The notes under the pieces: generated by a model | Databases searched by the model: none | What the model saw: the letters and a program-made list of their open reading frames with translations, nothing else | Told to the model about the DNA's origin: nothing | Translations under genes and position numbers: made by a program | In this document: positions 19,090-28,965 of the stretch, piece after piece | How the letters are laid out: each line of letters starts with the position of its first letter | Numbering within the stretch: the stretch's first letter is position 1 | Source: an uncultured archaeon | GTDB taxonomy: Archaea > Thermoproteota > Nitrososphaeria > Nitrososphaerales > Gagatemarchaeaceae | Assembly: GCA_963817525.1 (NCBI GenBank) | Contig: CAWFOU010000001.1 | Span: 928,001 to 992,000, forward strand | Length of the DNA: 64,000 bases | Direction of reading: 5' to 3'

Positions 19090-20355
19090 CTAGGGACGAA
19101 GGGAGGCCATCTTGGCTCCCGTCCCGAGCTCCTCCCCGATCCTCAGGAGCTCGTTGAGCTTCGCAGTCCTCTCGCCCCCGACCACGCCGCACTTTATCAT
19201 CCCGCAGCCAAACCCCACAGCGAAGTGCGCCAGGTGCCCGCCCTCGTTGTCCCCCGAGCGGTGGGAGGCGGCAACAACTTGGCCCGTGTCCTTGGCGAGC
19301 TCGGCGAAGCTCTGGGCCTCCGAGAGTGTCCCGATCTGGTTGACCTTCATGATGACCGCGTTGGTGCTCTTTTTCGAGATGCCCGTCCTGAGCCTCCCTA
19401 CGTCCGTGGTGTAGAGGTCGTCGCCGACCACCAGGGTCCTGTTTAGCGAGGCGTGGAGCTCGGCGTAGCCCTGGAAGTCGTCCTCGTAGAGCGGGTCCTC
19501 CAGGTAGAGCAGGTCGTACCTGTCGCAGAGCTCGGAGACGAAGACCTTCTGCTCCTCGCGCGAGAGCGTCTTCTTCGTCGTCCTGTAGTAGTAGGCCTTC
19601 TTCTTAGGGTCGTAGAGGCTGTCGGCAGCGACATCCACGCCAACCCGGATCTCCGCGCCCGTCTCGTCCCGGACCGCGGCGGCCACGTCCGAGACCACGC
19701 CTATCGCCTCGACGTCGGTCAGGCCTGGGGACCAGCCGCCCTCGTCTCCCTTGCCCACCGGGTAGTCTAGCCTCTTCGAGAGGACCTTTCCGACGCCCTT
19801 GTGGACCTTGAAGTTCAGCTCGATGGCCTGGCGGATGCTCTTCGCCCCCACGGGGACGACGAGTATCTCCTGGAACGCCGGGGAGAGGTCGCTGGCGTGC
19901 TTGCCCCCGCCGATGGTGTTCCCGAGGGGGTAGGGCATGCGCCCGGACTCTGGGTCTATCACCCTGCAGAGCGGGACGCCTTGGACCCTGGCCTCGGCCT
20001 CGGCGGCCGCGACGCTCACAGCGTAGGCGGTGGAGCCGCCGATCTTCGAGTAGTTGTTGGTCCCGTCGATGGCCCTGAGGGCCTGGGTTATCGCCTCGGC
20101 GTCGGAGGCCTCGAGCCCGACGATCTTCGAGGCGTGCTTCTTGTTGAACTGGGACGCGGTCTTGTCCGGGTCGTCGTCGACGAAGGGGACGGCCTCGTTT
20201 GTCCCCCGGCTGGCGCCGGAGGGCGAGAGCGCCCTTCCCAGCATGCCGTCGACTATGACGTCGGCCTCGATCCCAGGGTCACCTCGGCCGTTGAAGCAGA
20301 CCCTGACCTTCACTCGCTCTATCTTCAAGGACGCTTGTGTCACGCTCGCCCGCAA
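19090..20355 (-). CDS. eno: Enolase
   Basis: PSGASRG, GDEGG, LEDP, VGDDL, KVNQIGT, SHRSG, ERTAKLNELLRI. Confidence 0.95.
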   Translation of the reverse strand: MRASVTQASLKIERVKVRVCFNGRGDPGIEADVIVDGMLGRALSPSGASRGTNEAVPFVDDDPDKTASQFNKKHASKIVGLEASDAEAITQALRAIDGTNNYSKIGGSTAYAVSVAAAEAEARVQGVPLCRVIDPESGRMPYPLGNTIGGGKHASDLSPAFQEILVVPVGAKSIRQAIELNFKVHKGVGKVLSKRLDYPVGKGDEGGWSPGLTDVEAIGVVSDVAAAVRDETGAEIRVGVDVAADSLYDPKKKAYYYRTTKKTLSREEQKVFVSELCDRYDLLYLEDPLYEDDFQGYAELHASLNRTLVVGDDLYTTDVGRLRTGISKKSTNAVIMKVNQIGTLSEAQSFAELAKDTGQVVAASHRSGDNEGGHLAHFAVGFGCGMIKCGVVGGERTAKLNELLRIGEELGTGAKMASLRP

Positions 20356-20357
20356 GC

Positions 20358-20570
20358 TCAGGTCGGCGGGTTCTTTTGGGCGTAGTACGGCAGCACCTGG
20401 TCGATCAGGTCTACCGAGGATATCAGCATCCTCCTGCAGCAGTACCTCTTGATCTTCAGGTCGTCGAGGACCTTGCCCGGGTCTTCCCCGGCCTTGACCC
20501 TGCTCTCAAAGTCCACGAACTTGTCCCCTATCATCTTGCCGCAGGTAAAGCACCGGATTGGGATCATCAT
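20358..20570 (-). CDS. rpoN: RNA polymerase subunit Rpo10 (RpoN)
   Basis: [10 protein letters not shown]...RYCCRRM. Confidence 0.97.
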   Translation of the reverse strand: MMIPIRCFTCGKMIGDKFVDFESRVKAGEDPGKVLDDLKIKRYCCRRMLISSVDLIDQVLPYYAQKNPPT

Positions 20571-20580
20571 TGTTATCGAA

Positions 20581-21003
20581 TCACCTGTATGATTTCTGGC
20601 GTCTTCTTCTTGCTCCTGGGCCGCCGAACTTCTTGGGCTCGGTCTGCCTCGGATCGCCCGCTAGGAGGTATTTATTGTAGGAGGCCATCCTTTCCTTCAG
20701 GCTCGCGCCCTTCACCTGATCGATGAATGCGCGGGCTATCGCCATCGCCGCCGCGTCCGCCTGGCTCATGAACCCCCCTCCCGCCACGCTGACGTCCACG
20801 TCGTACTTCTCCCTGAGCTCGCCCACTATGACCACAGGGGCCATCATGTGGAGGCGCGCGACCTCGGGCGTCCAGACCTCGAGGGGAACGCCGTTGACCC
20901 TGATCCTGCCCTTGCCGACCGTCAGCGCTGCGGTGGCCCTAGAGGTCTTCCTCGCTCCCGGGTAGAGCTTGGGCCTGTTCGCGGGCCTTGTCTGTGTGAC
21001 CAA
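20581..21003 (-). CDS. rps9: 30S ribosomal protein S9
   Basis: [25 protein letters not shown]. Confidence 0.97.
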   Translation of the reverse strand: MVTQTRPANRPKLYPGARKTSRATAALTVGKGRIRVNGVPLEVWTPEVARLHMMAPVVIVGELREKYDVDVSVAGGGFMSQADAAAMAIARAFIDQVKGASLKERMASYNKYLLAGDPRQTEPKKFGGPGARRRRQKSYR

Positions 21004-21010
21004 TTTTATC

Positions 21011-21520
21011 TCAACCGTTCCATCCGATGTTGTGCGCGAGCTCCGCGATGGTCGTGTACATCGGGAGCGGCCTCGTGGCCAGGGCCACGTCTATCTTCGT
21101 GAGTTTCACGCCCGTGTACTTTTCGGGGACGCCCATGAAGAACCTTACCCTCTTCAGGCCTAGTGTGCCCTTTGCCTTTGTCTTCGGGACCATCCCGCGG
21201 ACCATCCTCCACATGATGTTGTCCGGCCTCCTCGGGTGCAGGGGGCCATACATGGGGTTGACCTTGCTCCCGAGCTCGAGCCTCTGCTTCCACTGCTCGA
21301 TCACGGCGTCCCTCTTCCCCGAGAGCACCGCCTTCTCCGCGTTGAGCACGACCACCCTCCTTCCCCTGAGTATCTCCGAGGCCACCACGGAGCAAAGCCT
21401 GCCAGCGATGTGCCCCGACGCGTCGACGTAGAGCACGCCGTCCGCGGTGGGTTTCGGGCCCTTCGCCTCTGCCACCGTCGGAGGGGCAGCGACCGTAGCC
21501 GTCTTGGCCTTACTTGACAA
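21011..21520 (-). CDS. rpl13: 50S ribosomal protein L13
   Basis: VDASGHIAGRL, NAEKAVLSG, RMVRGMVP. Confidence 0.95.
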   Translation of the reverse strand: MSSKAKTATVAAPPTVAEAKGPKPTADGVLYVDASGHIAGRLCSVVASEILRGRRVVVLNAEKAVLSGKRDAVIEQWKQRLELGSKVNPMYGPLHPRRPDNIMWRMVRGMVPKTKAKGTLGLKRVRFFMGVPEKYTGVKLTKIDVALATRPLPMYTTIAELAHNIGWNG

Positions 21521-21872
21521 GGGCCACTCCGCTCCCTTCGGGGTACTTGTCGACGAACTCTTCTACATTGTAGGTCTTCCCGCCGGCGCCCTCTATCTTC
21601 GCCCTCGCTGAGGCGGAGAAGGAAAAGGCGCCCACGTCGAGCTTCTTCTCGAGGTTGCCGGTGCCGAGGACCTTCCCTGGGACGAAGACCGCCGAGACGC
21701 CTATCCTTGAGAGGCGGGCCACATTGACCTCTGGCCAGGTGACCGTCCCCGAGGAGAGGTATCTCGCGGCGTCCCCCCATATCCCGGACTTGTCGCCGCG
21801 GGCCTTCCTCTCGAGTAGGACGATGCTGCTCCTCAGGAGCTTGTTCGCCTTGGTCAGCTTGAGCGCGGTCAT
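21510..21872 (-). CDS. rpl18e: 50S ribosomal protein L18e
   Basis: EVNVARL, VPGKVLGTG, FSASARAKIEGAGG; ATG at 21872. Confidence 0.93.
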   Translation of the reverse strand: MTALKLTKANKLLRSSIVLLERKARGDKSGIWGDAARYLSSGTVTWPEVNVARLSRIGVSAVFVPGKVLGTGNLEKKLDVGAFSFSASARAKIEGAGGKTYNVEEFVDKYPEGSGVALVK

Positions 21873-22516
21873 TGTGCTGCCTTCTCCTCGACTTCCTTCT
21901 GGAGCTCCTTTAGCTTCTCTTCGAGCTTCTCGATCGACCTGGTGACTATCTCCTTCGCGGGCATCGTCCCGCTCGTCTCCACCTTCAGGATGAACGTCCC
22001 CTCGCCCTTGCCTTCCGTGAGCACCGACGCGGTCGCGGGCTGCCACTTTGCGTGCTCCTTGCCCCTGCCTAGCCTGGCGTAGGCCTCGAGCTTGACAGAC
22101 TGGCCGACCGCGAGCTTGACTATCGGGATGTTGGGACTGACAGGGCTGATGTCCCTGTCCTCGGAGACCAGGTCGCCGGAGACCACGGTGCGCGGCTTGT
22201 CCTTCGCGGTCGCGTCGAGCACCAGGAGGACGCGGCACTTTTGGCACCCGAGCGGGCTGCCGCAGTCGCACTTTTCTGGGAGGACGTACCTCTCCAGGTC
22301 GGTCTTCAGCGGTATCATGCCCAGCCTGTGGGCGAGAATCTCGTCGTAGAGGACAGAGGAGTTCTCGAGTATCACGATGTCGTCGATCGCCATGGAGGGG
22401 ACCTCCGAGATGCAGAAGCGCCTCACGGCATTAGCGTAGCTACGGTCGACGCCCTCCAGCTGCAGGGCGATCGTGTCCTCGGTCTCTTGAAGGACCTTTA
22501 CCTTAGGCGCTACCAA
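21869..22516 (-). CDS. rpoD: RNA polymerase subunit Rpo3 (RpoD)
   Basis: ANAVRR...EVPSMAID, ENSSVLYDEILAHRLGMIP, GRGKEHAKW. Confidence 0.96.
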   Translation of the reverse strand: MVAPKVKVLQETEDTIALQLEGVDRSYANAVRRFCISEVPSMAIDDIVILENSSVLYDEILAHRLGMIPLKTDLERYVLPEKCDCGSPLGCQKCRVLLVLDATAKDKPRTVVSGDLVSEDRDISPVSPNIPIVKLAVGQSVKLEAYARLGRGKEHAKWQPATASVLTEGKGEGTFILKVETSGTMPAKEIVTRSIEKLEEKLKELQKEVEEKAAQ

Positions 22517-22707
22517 ATCTGGATATCACTCACCGTGGGAACAGAGATTTTACGATGCAATTCCTGGGGTTTAAAAGCCTTAGCCGGTCTTCTTTGGCTT
22601 GTCTTCCGCCAAACGGTGATTTGCGAGCGCGTCCCGCGTCGGGCGATGTGGTGCTGGGTGTTTGGTTTTGAAGCGCCACGTGAAGCTTCACGAAATTATC
22701 AAGTCAC

Positions 22708-24079
22708 TGGCCTTTCGCAATCTAGCCCTTGAGATTTCATTGGGGCTTAAGTATCAAACGGACGTATTGCGTTCGAATCGGCAGTTTGAATGAGCCCTTC
22801 GCGGCGAAGAATCGAGAGATATCGATGGCAAGACGGGAGACCATCGGAAGGCATCGGGAGATGTCTTGTAAGACGTACGAGTTGAAACTAGACAAATCTC
22901 ATCTCTCGAACGAGAATCTTCATGCGCTCCACCGCCTTTTCTTGGAGGCCAAATGGTTCTACAACGCCATGCTGACCTCCCCGGGAGGGCCTAACGCATT
23001 CGATTACAAGCAGAAGGACGTAGTCGTACTCAACAAGAAACGAGGACCAGAAGTTCGTCGAATCGCGACATTGACCTCCCACATGCGTCAGTCTATCATC
23101 GATAGGGCGAAGCAAGCCATCAGGGGGCTCGCCGTTCAGAAGAAGAGGCACAGAGTTGGGGCGCTCAGGTTTACCAGCCAAATCTCATCAATACCTCTGA
23201 AGCAATATGGTCGAACATACGACATCAGGGGAGAAAGGGTGAAGATTCAAGGCATTAAACAGCCTCTTAGGGTAAGAGGGACTGATCAAATCCCTGAAGA
23301 CGCGGAGTTTACGTCCGCAGACCTGATCTTCCGGAGCGGAGACTACTTCCTCCATGTCACGGCGTACGAGAATCCCAAGACTGAGACTTCAACGAAGACG
23401 CCAAAGAAACGGGCAGTAGGCATAGATGCCGGAATCAGAAACCAACTCACCCTCTCTAACGGAGTTATCGTCAACTCGGATATTGACCTCCCCGCTCGAC
23501 GCATCGGGCGCCTCCAAAGGGAGCTGTCACGACGGGGGTTGAAACGAGGGAAGAATTGGTCGAAGACCAAACTCAAGCTAGACTTGACATACAATAAGAC
23601 GACAAATCGTCGCCGCGACGTAAGGCACAAGATTGTGAGCTGTCTCACGTCAAACTATGACGCTATAGCTACCCAACGCGACAATGCCAATTGGTGGCAG
23701 AAAATGTGGGGACGCCGGATAGCTTCCTCAGCGATTGGTGGGATAACAAGAGACCTGAGGGCAAAGCCTCACTTTCCCGTCGCGATCGAGAGGTTTGTTC
23801 CTACGACGAAACAATGTTGCGAATGTGGAAAGATTCGCTCGGTAGGTCTGGACGAGCGGACCTACAGCTGCGACACGTGCGGGCTGGTCATAGACCGCGA
23901 TCTCAATGCAGCCACGAACATGTGGCTAAGGATACCTGCGGAGCGCAGGGAATCTACGCCTGCAAACACGAAGGCCGCTACGGAGGAGATGATCGGATAT
24001 CTCAACAATATCCCATTTACTTCCGCAAGCCGTGTGGAGGAAGCAGGAAGCCACCAGTTCAAAACTGGTGGTAGCTCAC
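22708..24079 (+). mobile_element. IS1341-like solo tnpB element (left boundary uncertain)
   Basis: Right-end hairpin CCACCAGTT-CAA-AACTGGTGG (24051-24071) followed by TAGCTCAC; imperfect hairpin near 22724-22747 as a possible left end. Confidence 0.65.
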
Positions 24080-24168
24080 GCTCTGCGGCCCCTTCTTCCG
24101 CCCTTCTTTCGCGTGGTGTCGTGGGGGATCGGTGTCGCGTCCTCGATCCTACCGATCCTGAACCCTGA
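22786..24168 (+). CDS. tnpB: TnpB-like RNA-guided endonuclease (IS200/IS605 family, no tnpA)
   Basis: VGIDAG (RuvC-I), [10 protein letters not shown]...YSCDTCG Zn finger, [10 protein letters not shown] (RuvC-III); start uncertain. Confidence 0.9.
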   Translation: MNEPFAAKNREISMARRETIGRHREMSCKTYELKLDKSHLSNENLHALHRLFLEAKWFYNAMLTSPGGPNAFDYKQKDVVVLNKKRGPEVRRIATLTSHMRQSIIDRAKQAIRGLAVQKKRHRVGALRFTSQISSIPLKQYGRTYDIRGERVKIQGIKQPLRVRGTDQIPEDAEFTSADLIFRSGDYFLHVTAYENPKTETSTKTPKKRAVGIDAGIRNQLTLSNGVIVNSDIDLPARRIGRLQRELSRRGLKRGKNWSKTKLKLDLTYNKTTNRRRDVRHKIVSCLTSNYDAIATQRDNANWWQKMWGRRIASSAIGGITRDLRAKPHFPVAIERFVPTTKQCCECGKIRSVGLDERTYSCDTCGLVIDRDLNAATNMWLRIPAERRESTPANTKAATEEMIGYLNNIPFTSASRVEEAGSHQFKTGGSSRSAAPSSALLSRGVVGDRCRVLDPTDPEP

Positions 24169-24624
24169 CCTCGCGATGGCCCTGATGGCCGCCTGGGCGC
24201 CGGGCCCGGGTGTCCTTGGGCCCGTCCCGCCGACCGCCCTGACCTTGATGTGGACCGCGGTGATCCCCTTGCCCTTCGCTACGTCGGAGGCCGCGGATGC
24301 AGAGCGCATGGCCGCGTAGGGCGAGGCCTCGAACCTGTCCGCCTTTACGTGCCTCCCTCCCGAGGAGAAGGATATGGTCTCGGCCCCGGTGAGGTCGGTG
24401 ATGTGGACTATCGTGTTGTTGTAGCTGCTGTAGATGTGGACCACAGCCCACTTTTCCTTGAGGGACTCGTCCTCTTCGAGAGAAGGCGTTATCTGCCCGG
24501 TGGTGACCCTGACGGAGGCCTCCTCGTCCTCTGCTAGGTCCTCTGTGGTGGGTGCCTCCGCCTCCACTTCGTCTTCATCCTCCTTCTCGATGTCTTTCTG
24601 GAGCTCTTCTTCGGGGATTCCCAT
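24076..24624 (-). CDS. rps11: 30S ribosomal protein S11
   Basis: [40 protein letters not shown]. Confidence 0.97.
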   Translation of the reverse strand: MGIPEEELQKDIEKEDEDEVEAEAPTTEDLAEDEEASVRVTTGQITPSLEEDESLKEKWAVVHIYSSYNNTIVHITDLTGAETISFSSGGRHVKADRFEASPYAAMRSASAASDVAKGKGITAVHIKVRAVGGTGPRTPGPGAQAAIRAIARSGFRIGRIEDATPIPHDTTRKKGGRRGRRA

Positions 24625-24640
24625 TCTCTAAAGCACTATC

Positions 24641-25216
24641 CTATGCGGCCGCTGCCGCTACGGGTGCGGGCTGCTCTACCGGGGCTGGCGCAACAGCGGG
24701 TGCAGCCGCGGGTGCTGCCGGCGCTGGGGGCTTTGGAGTGCCTATCCCTCCGGTGACCTGGAGCAGGCCCTCCTCCTCCGCGGTGACCTGGTACCCGGGG
24801 ATGTCCACCGTCCTCTTGCCTATCTTGATGTGGCCGTGGACGATGAGCTGCCTCGCCTGCAGGGGCGAGACCGCGGCTCCCTTCTTGTAAATCAGGGTCT
24901 GGAGCCTCCTCCCGAGGAAGTCCTCCACGCTGAGGTTCAGGACGTCGTCGAGGATGACCCCCTCCGCCACGAGGCCCCGCCTGCTGAGGCTGTCGAGTAG
25001 CTTCTTCCCGTCCTTGGCCCGGACGTCCGCCGAGGCGGCGAGCAGGTGCCTCGCCTGCTTCCTCACGTTGCTGAGCTCTCCCTGGGTCTTCCAAAGCTCC
25101 CTCTTGTTCCTCAGGCCATAGGTCCCGACGAGGTAGAGCTCCTGCGCGAGCTGCTCGCTCCTCCACGGGTTCTTCGGCCGAGAGAACGACTTGCGAGGCT
25201 TCTTTGGGTCTCCCAT
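24641..25216 (-). CDS. rps4: 30S ribosomal protein S4
   Basis: MGDPKK, YGLRNKRELW, RRLQT, ARQLIVHGHI. Confidence 0.96.
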   Translation of the reverse strand: MGDPKKPRKSFSRPKNPWRSEQLAQELYLVGTYGLRNKRELWKTQGELSNVRKQARHLLAASADVRAKDGKKLLDSLSRRGLVAEGVILDDVLNLSVEDFLGRRLQTLIYKKGAAVSPLQARQLIVHGHIKIGKRTVDIPGYQVTAEEEGLLQVTGGIGTPKPPAPAAPAAAPAVAPAPVEQPAPVAAAAA

Positions 25217-25230
25217 CTAATATCACTAGG

Positions 25231-25731
25231 CTACTTCTTCTCTTCGGCGGGCTTTGCCGCGGCGGCAGCCTGCAGCGTCGCCTTCCTCACGCCGACCGTC
25301 TTCCCCTTCCTCCCCGTGGTGCGGGTGCGCTGCCCCCTTACCTTGAGCCCCAGTCCGTGCCTGACGCCCCTCCAGCTCTGGACGTTCCTCTCCCTCTCGA
25401 CGTCCGCCTTGACCGCGAGGTCGAGGTCGGAGCCTACGAGCTGCTTTGTCTCTCCGGACTCTGGGTCCCTCTTCCTGTTGAAGGCCCACTGTGGGACGTT
25501 GAGCGAGGAGGTGTCTGCGAGCACCCTCTCGATGTCCTTGACCTGCGAGTCTGATAATTGTCCGAACCTCATCTTGGGGTCTATCCCGGCGCCGCTGACG
25601 ACGGCCTGGGCGAAGTTATAGCCCACCCCCTTCAGGTCAGCGAGGGCAGCCACCGCCTTCTTCCGCCCGTCCAGGTCCTTCCCCTTCAATCTGACTAGGT
25701 ACCTGAACTCGGAGGCCTGCGGGGACGACAA
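25231..25731 (-). CDS. rps13: 30S ribosomal protein S13
   Basis: KGVG, WRGVRHGLGLKVRGQRTRTTGR. Confidence 0.97.
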   Translation of the reverse strand: MSSPQASEFRYLVRLKGKDLDGRKKAVAALADLKGVGYNFAQAVVSGAGIDPKMRFGQLSDSQVKDIERVLADTSSLNVPQWAFNRKRDPESGETKQLVGSDLDLAVKADVERERNVQSWRGVRHGLGLKVRGQRTRTTGRKGKTVGVRKATLQAAAAAKPAEEKK

Positions 25732-25794
25732 ATGATTGATTTTAGCCCCTAGGCGTCACATTATAAGAATTGCCGTGCCGGCTGCCAGAGTGGC

Positions 25795-25983
25795 CTAGGG
25801 CTCTTCCTTATTGATGAGTCCGAGGCCGATGGTCCCCGTCCCGGTAACCACGCCGACCATGCAGCCCAGCGTCTGGCCATTGGCCGCGAGCGTCCCTCCG
25901 ACCACCACGAGCGCCAGGCCGATGATTATCGGTAGGACGCTCCAGATTCCGAGCCCTGCTATTCTCAAATCGGTTATGCCCAC
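25795..25983 (-). CDS. Small two-TM membrane protein
   Basis: 62 aa with two hydrophobic segments; TTAAAAA box upstream. Confidence 0.5.
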   Translation of the reverse strand: MGITDLRIAGLGIWSVLPIIIGLALVVVGGTLAANGQTLGCMVGVVTGTGTIGLGLINKEEP

Positions 25984-26038
25984 CGTCGGGAGGGTCTAGG
26001 CTCTTTTTAACCATCTCTGCAGGCCCGGAGAAAAGGCG

Positions 26039-26986
26039 CTACAGGATCTCGACGCTGTCCACCTTGCCGTCGCCGTCGAGGTCCAGGCCGTGCAGGACCA
26101 CAGCAAAGTCCGCGCCCTCCGTGTAGCCCGCGAGGACCTGCTCCGCCATGTTGGTGAGGCCTATCACCGCGGCCTTCGTCGCGGCCCCGGAGAGCCCCGC
26201 TGCGACCACGCACACCTTCGACGGGTCCCAAGGGTTCTTCACCTTGGCGACGACGGAGTCGAACTCGGAGAGGTACTTCCTCCCGGAGGCGTCGACGATG
26301 GCCCCGAAGAAGCCCTCCTCGGAGAAGCGGACGGGCATGTGCGCGTTGAGCTCCGCGGAGATAACGTTGGTCCGAGGCCCGCCCACCACGAGGAGGTTCG
26401 CGCCGTGGAGCTTCTCGGTCTTGAGGTCGACGTCGAGCTTCACAGGGAAGGTGCGCGGGAGGGACACGAACTGCCCGAGGGCGAACCCCAGCTGTATCGC
26501 GTAGTGCCCGTCCCTCCCCTGGGTGCGGTTAGGGCCGTGCGCCTCCGGAGAGCCCACGACTATCCACCCGTCGAGCTGGCCGTCATCGGTGATGAACTCC
26601 TTGAGGAAACGCCCCAGCCTCCCCGACCTGGAGAGGCTCGCGGGAGGGCCGAACTCCTCGCCCTTGACGTCGAACTCGATGGCGTAGCCGTCGGATGCGA
26701 GGGCGTAGAGCTGGGCCTTGCCTCCCCTCACGGACCTCTGGGAGACGCGCTTCACCAGCCCAGCCTCCTCGAGCGTCTTCATGTGGTAGTATACAGCCTG
26801 GTGGTAGAGCCTGAGCTCGCGGGCTATGCTCGATGGGTAGTTCGGGCCCTTTGCCAGGAGGCGGAGAATCTTGTGGCCGAGGCCCGAGGCCGCGGGGAAG
26901 AAGCCAGAAGGGTCGGTGTCGGCGAGGACCCTCTTCGCCCTGCCGTCGCGCTGCTGGGGGTCGACGAGGACCTTCTCCTTGCGCAT
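26039..26986 (-). CDS. ArsR-type wHTH regulator fused to a C-terminal alpha/beta domain
   Basis: ILRLLAKGPNYPSSIAREL...VYYHMKTLEEAGLV; NLLVVGGPRTN; terminal DLDGDGKVD. Confidence 0.75.
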   Translation of the reverse strand: MRKEKVLVDPQQRDGRAKRVLADTDPSGFFPAASGLGHKILRLLAKGPNYPSSIARELRLYHQAVYYHMKTLEEAGLVKRVSQRSVRGGKAQLYALASDGYAIEFDVKGEEFGPPASLSRSGRLGRFLKEFITDDGQLDGWIVVGSPEAHGPNRTQGRDGHYAIQLGFALGQFVSLPRTFPVKLDVDLKTEKLHGANLLVVGGPRTNVISAELNAHMPVRFSEEGFFGAIVDASGRKYLSEFDSVVAKVKNPWDPSKVCVVAAGLSGAATKAAVIGLTNMAEQVLAGYTEGADFAVVLHGLDLDGDGKVDSVEIL

Positions 26987-27147
26987 GCCTGTTCTCTGGG
27001 GCGACTATTATTAAAGAAATATGCATGGTGGGCCCTGAAAATGGCAACGGCCAGCCTTGCCGTTTGCACAACGGGTTTTGCATACTCGCCCGAGGGAATG
27101 GAGGCTGCTTATTACGGGTCGGCGCCTCGCACCTGGTTTAGCAGAAC

Positions 27148-28934
27148 ATGTGCGGAATCATAGCGGCGGTCTCCTCGGAGGAGGAGGTGGCGCCGATCTT
27201 GCTCGATGGGCTGAAGCGCGAGGAGTACAGAGGGCTACGACTCCGCGGGAGTGGCGCTCCTGAACGGCAAGGGCGTCATCACGGTGAGGAAGGACGTGGG
27301 GAGGGTCAGCGAGCTGGAGCAGAGATACCACTTCTCCCGTCTCCACGGCAAGGTGGGGATCGCCCACACGCGGTGGGCGACGCACGGGGGCGTCTCCCAG
27401 AAGAACGCGCACCCCCAGCTCTCATGCGAGGGGGAGGTCGCCATAGTGCACAACGGGATAATCGAGAACTACTTGGAGCTCAGGCGCAAGCTCCAGGCGA
27501 GGGCGCACCGTTTCGTGAGCGAGACGGACAGCGAGGTGATCGCCCACCTGATAGAGGAGGGGTACGCGAAGGAGAATGACCCTGTCAAGGCCACCCTCGA
27601 CGCGACCAGGGTCATGAAGGGGCAGTACGCCTTCGTGGCCCTCTTCAAAGACAGGCCGGACCTCCTCGTGGGAGCGAGGTACGACGCGCCTCTGGTGGTG
27701 GGGATGGGCGAAAGGACCAAGTTCCTCGCTAGCGACGTGCTGGCGTTTCTGCCCCACACCGACAGGGCGGTCTTCCTCGACAACAAGGAGGTGGTCGAGC
27801 TCACCGCCGAGGGCCTGCGCGTCCTCAACCTGAGGGGGAAGGAGGTGGCCCCGAAGGACAGGGAGGAGACCAAGGTCGCCTGGGAGCTGGGGAGCCTCTC
27901 CAAGGCCAACTACGCGCACTACACGCTGAAGGAGATACACGAGCAGCCGAGCACGGTCCAGAGCGCCATCGCCCAGGACCCGGAGAAGGTCAGGGCGGTC
28001 GCGGAGAGGCTGATGGGGGCCAAGTCGGTGGTGCTTACCGCGGCGGGCTCCTCGTACCACGCGGCGCTCCTCATGCGCATCAGGCTCGCGGTCGAGGCGA
28101 AGATGAGGTGCGAGGTGATACTATCTGGGGACTTTGAGAGGGAGCTGCCCTTCATAGACCAGGACACCGTCGTCGTCGCACTGAGCCAGAGCGGGGAGAC
28201 GGCCGACGTGCTCGAGGCGGTGAAGATGGCGAGGAGGAACAAGGTGGGGGCAGTTGTCTCCCTCGTCAACGCGGCGGGTTCCTCGCTCGCGCGGCAGAGC
28301 GACCAGACGCTCCTCCTGAACTGCGGCCCGGAGGTGGGGGTGGCGGCCACTAAGAGCTTCACCGGGCAGGTGATGCTCGGGAACCTGATAATCGACCAGA
28401 TGACCGGAAAGGACACCATCGGGAACCCCGCGAGGCTCGGCACGCTTGTCGAGCACGCGCTGGAGACCGAGCCCCTCATGAAGAGCATCGCCCACGAGTA
28501 CAGCAGCCGGCCGGACTATTACTTCATCGCGAGGGGCGGCCACTACCCAGTCGCGCAGGAGGGGGCCCTTGAAGCTCAAGGAGCTCTCGTACATACACGC
28601 CGAGGGGATGCCCGCGAGCGAGCTCAAGCACGGGACCCTCGCCCTTATCGAGAAGGGGACGCCCGTGGTCGTGATCGCCCCGAACGGCCCGGGCTACAAC
28701 GACACGATATCGAACGCCCAGGAGCTCGCGGCGAGGGGCGCCGAGATAATCGGGATCGCCCAGAAGCCCCACCCCGTCTTCAAGCACACCATCAAGATAC
28801 CAGCCTCGAACGGGACGATAGCCCCGGTGATTGAGGTTGTGCCCCTCCAGCTCCTCGCGTACTTCATGGCGACGGAGAAGAAGAACGACCCCGACCACCC
28901 GAGGAACCTGGCAAAGTCCGTCACCGTCAAGTGA
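27148..28934 (+). CDS. glmS: Glutamine--fructose-6-phosphate transaminase, two frameshifts (~27233 and ~28568)
   Basis: MCGI, EYRG/YDSAG, AHTRWATHG, HNGIIENY, SQSGETAD, LKLKELSYIHAEG, PRNLAKSVTV. Confidence 0.93.
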
Positions 28935-28965
28935 GGTTAAATCCCGACCGTTGGATAGCAAGGTC

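Noticed and set aside
22679-22692. Perfect palindrome CGTGAAGCTTCACG as the transposon left end
   Set aside because: No loop and no similarity to the right-end hairpin; function cannot be assigned
26987-27147. Possible glmS ribozyme upstream of glmS
   Set aside because: No recognisable glmS ribozyme core, only a short inverted repeat; that ribozyme is known from bacteria
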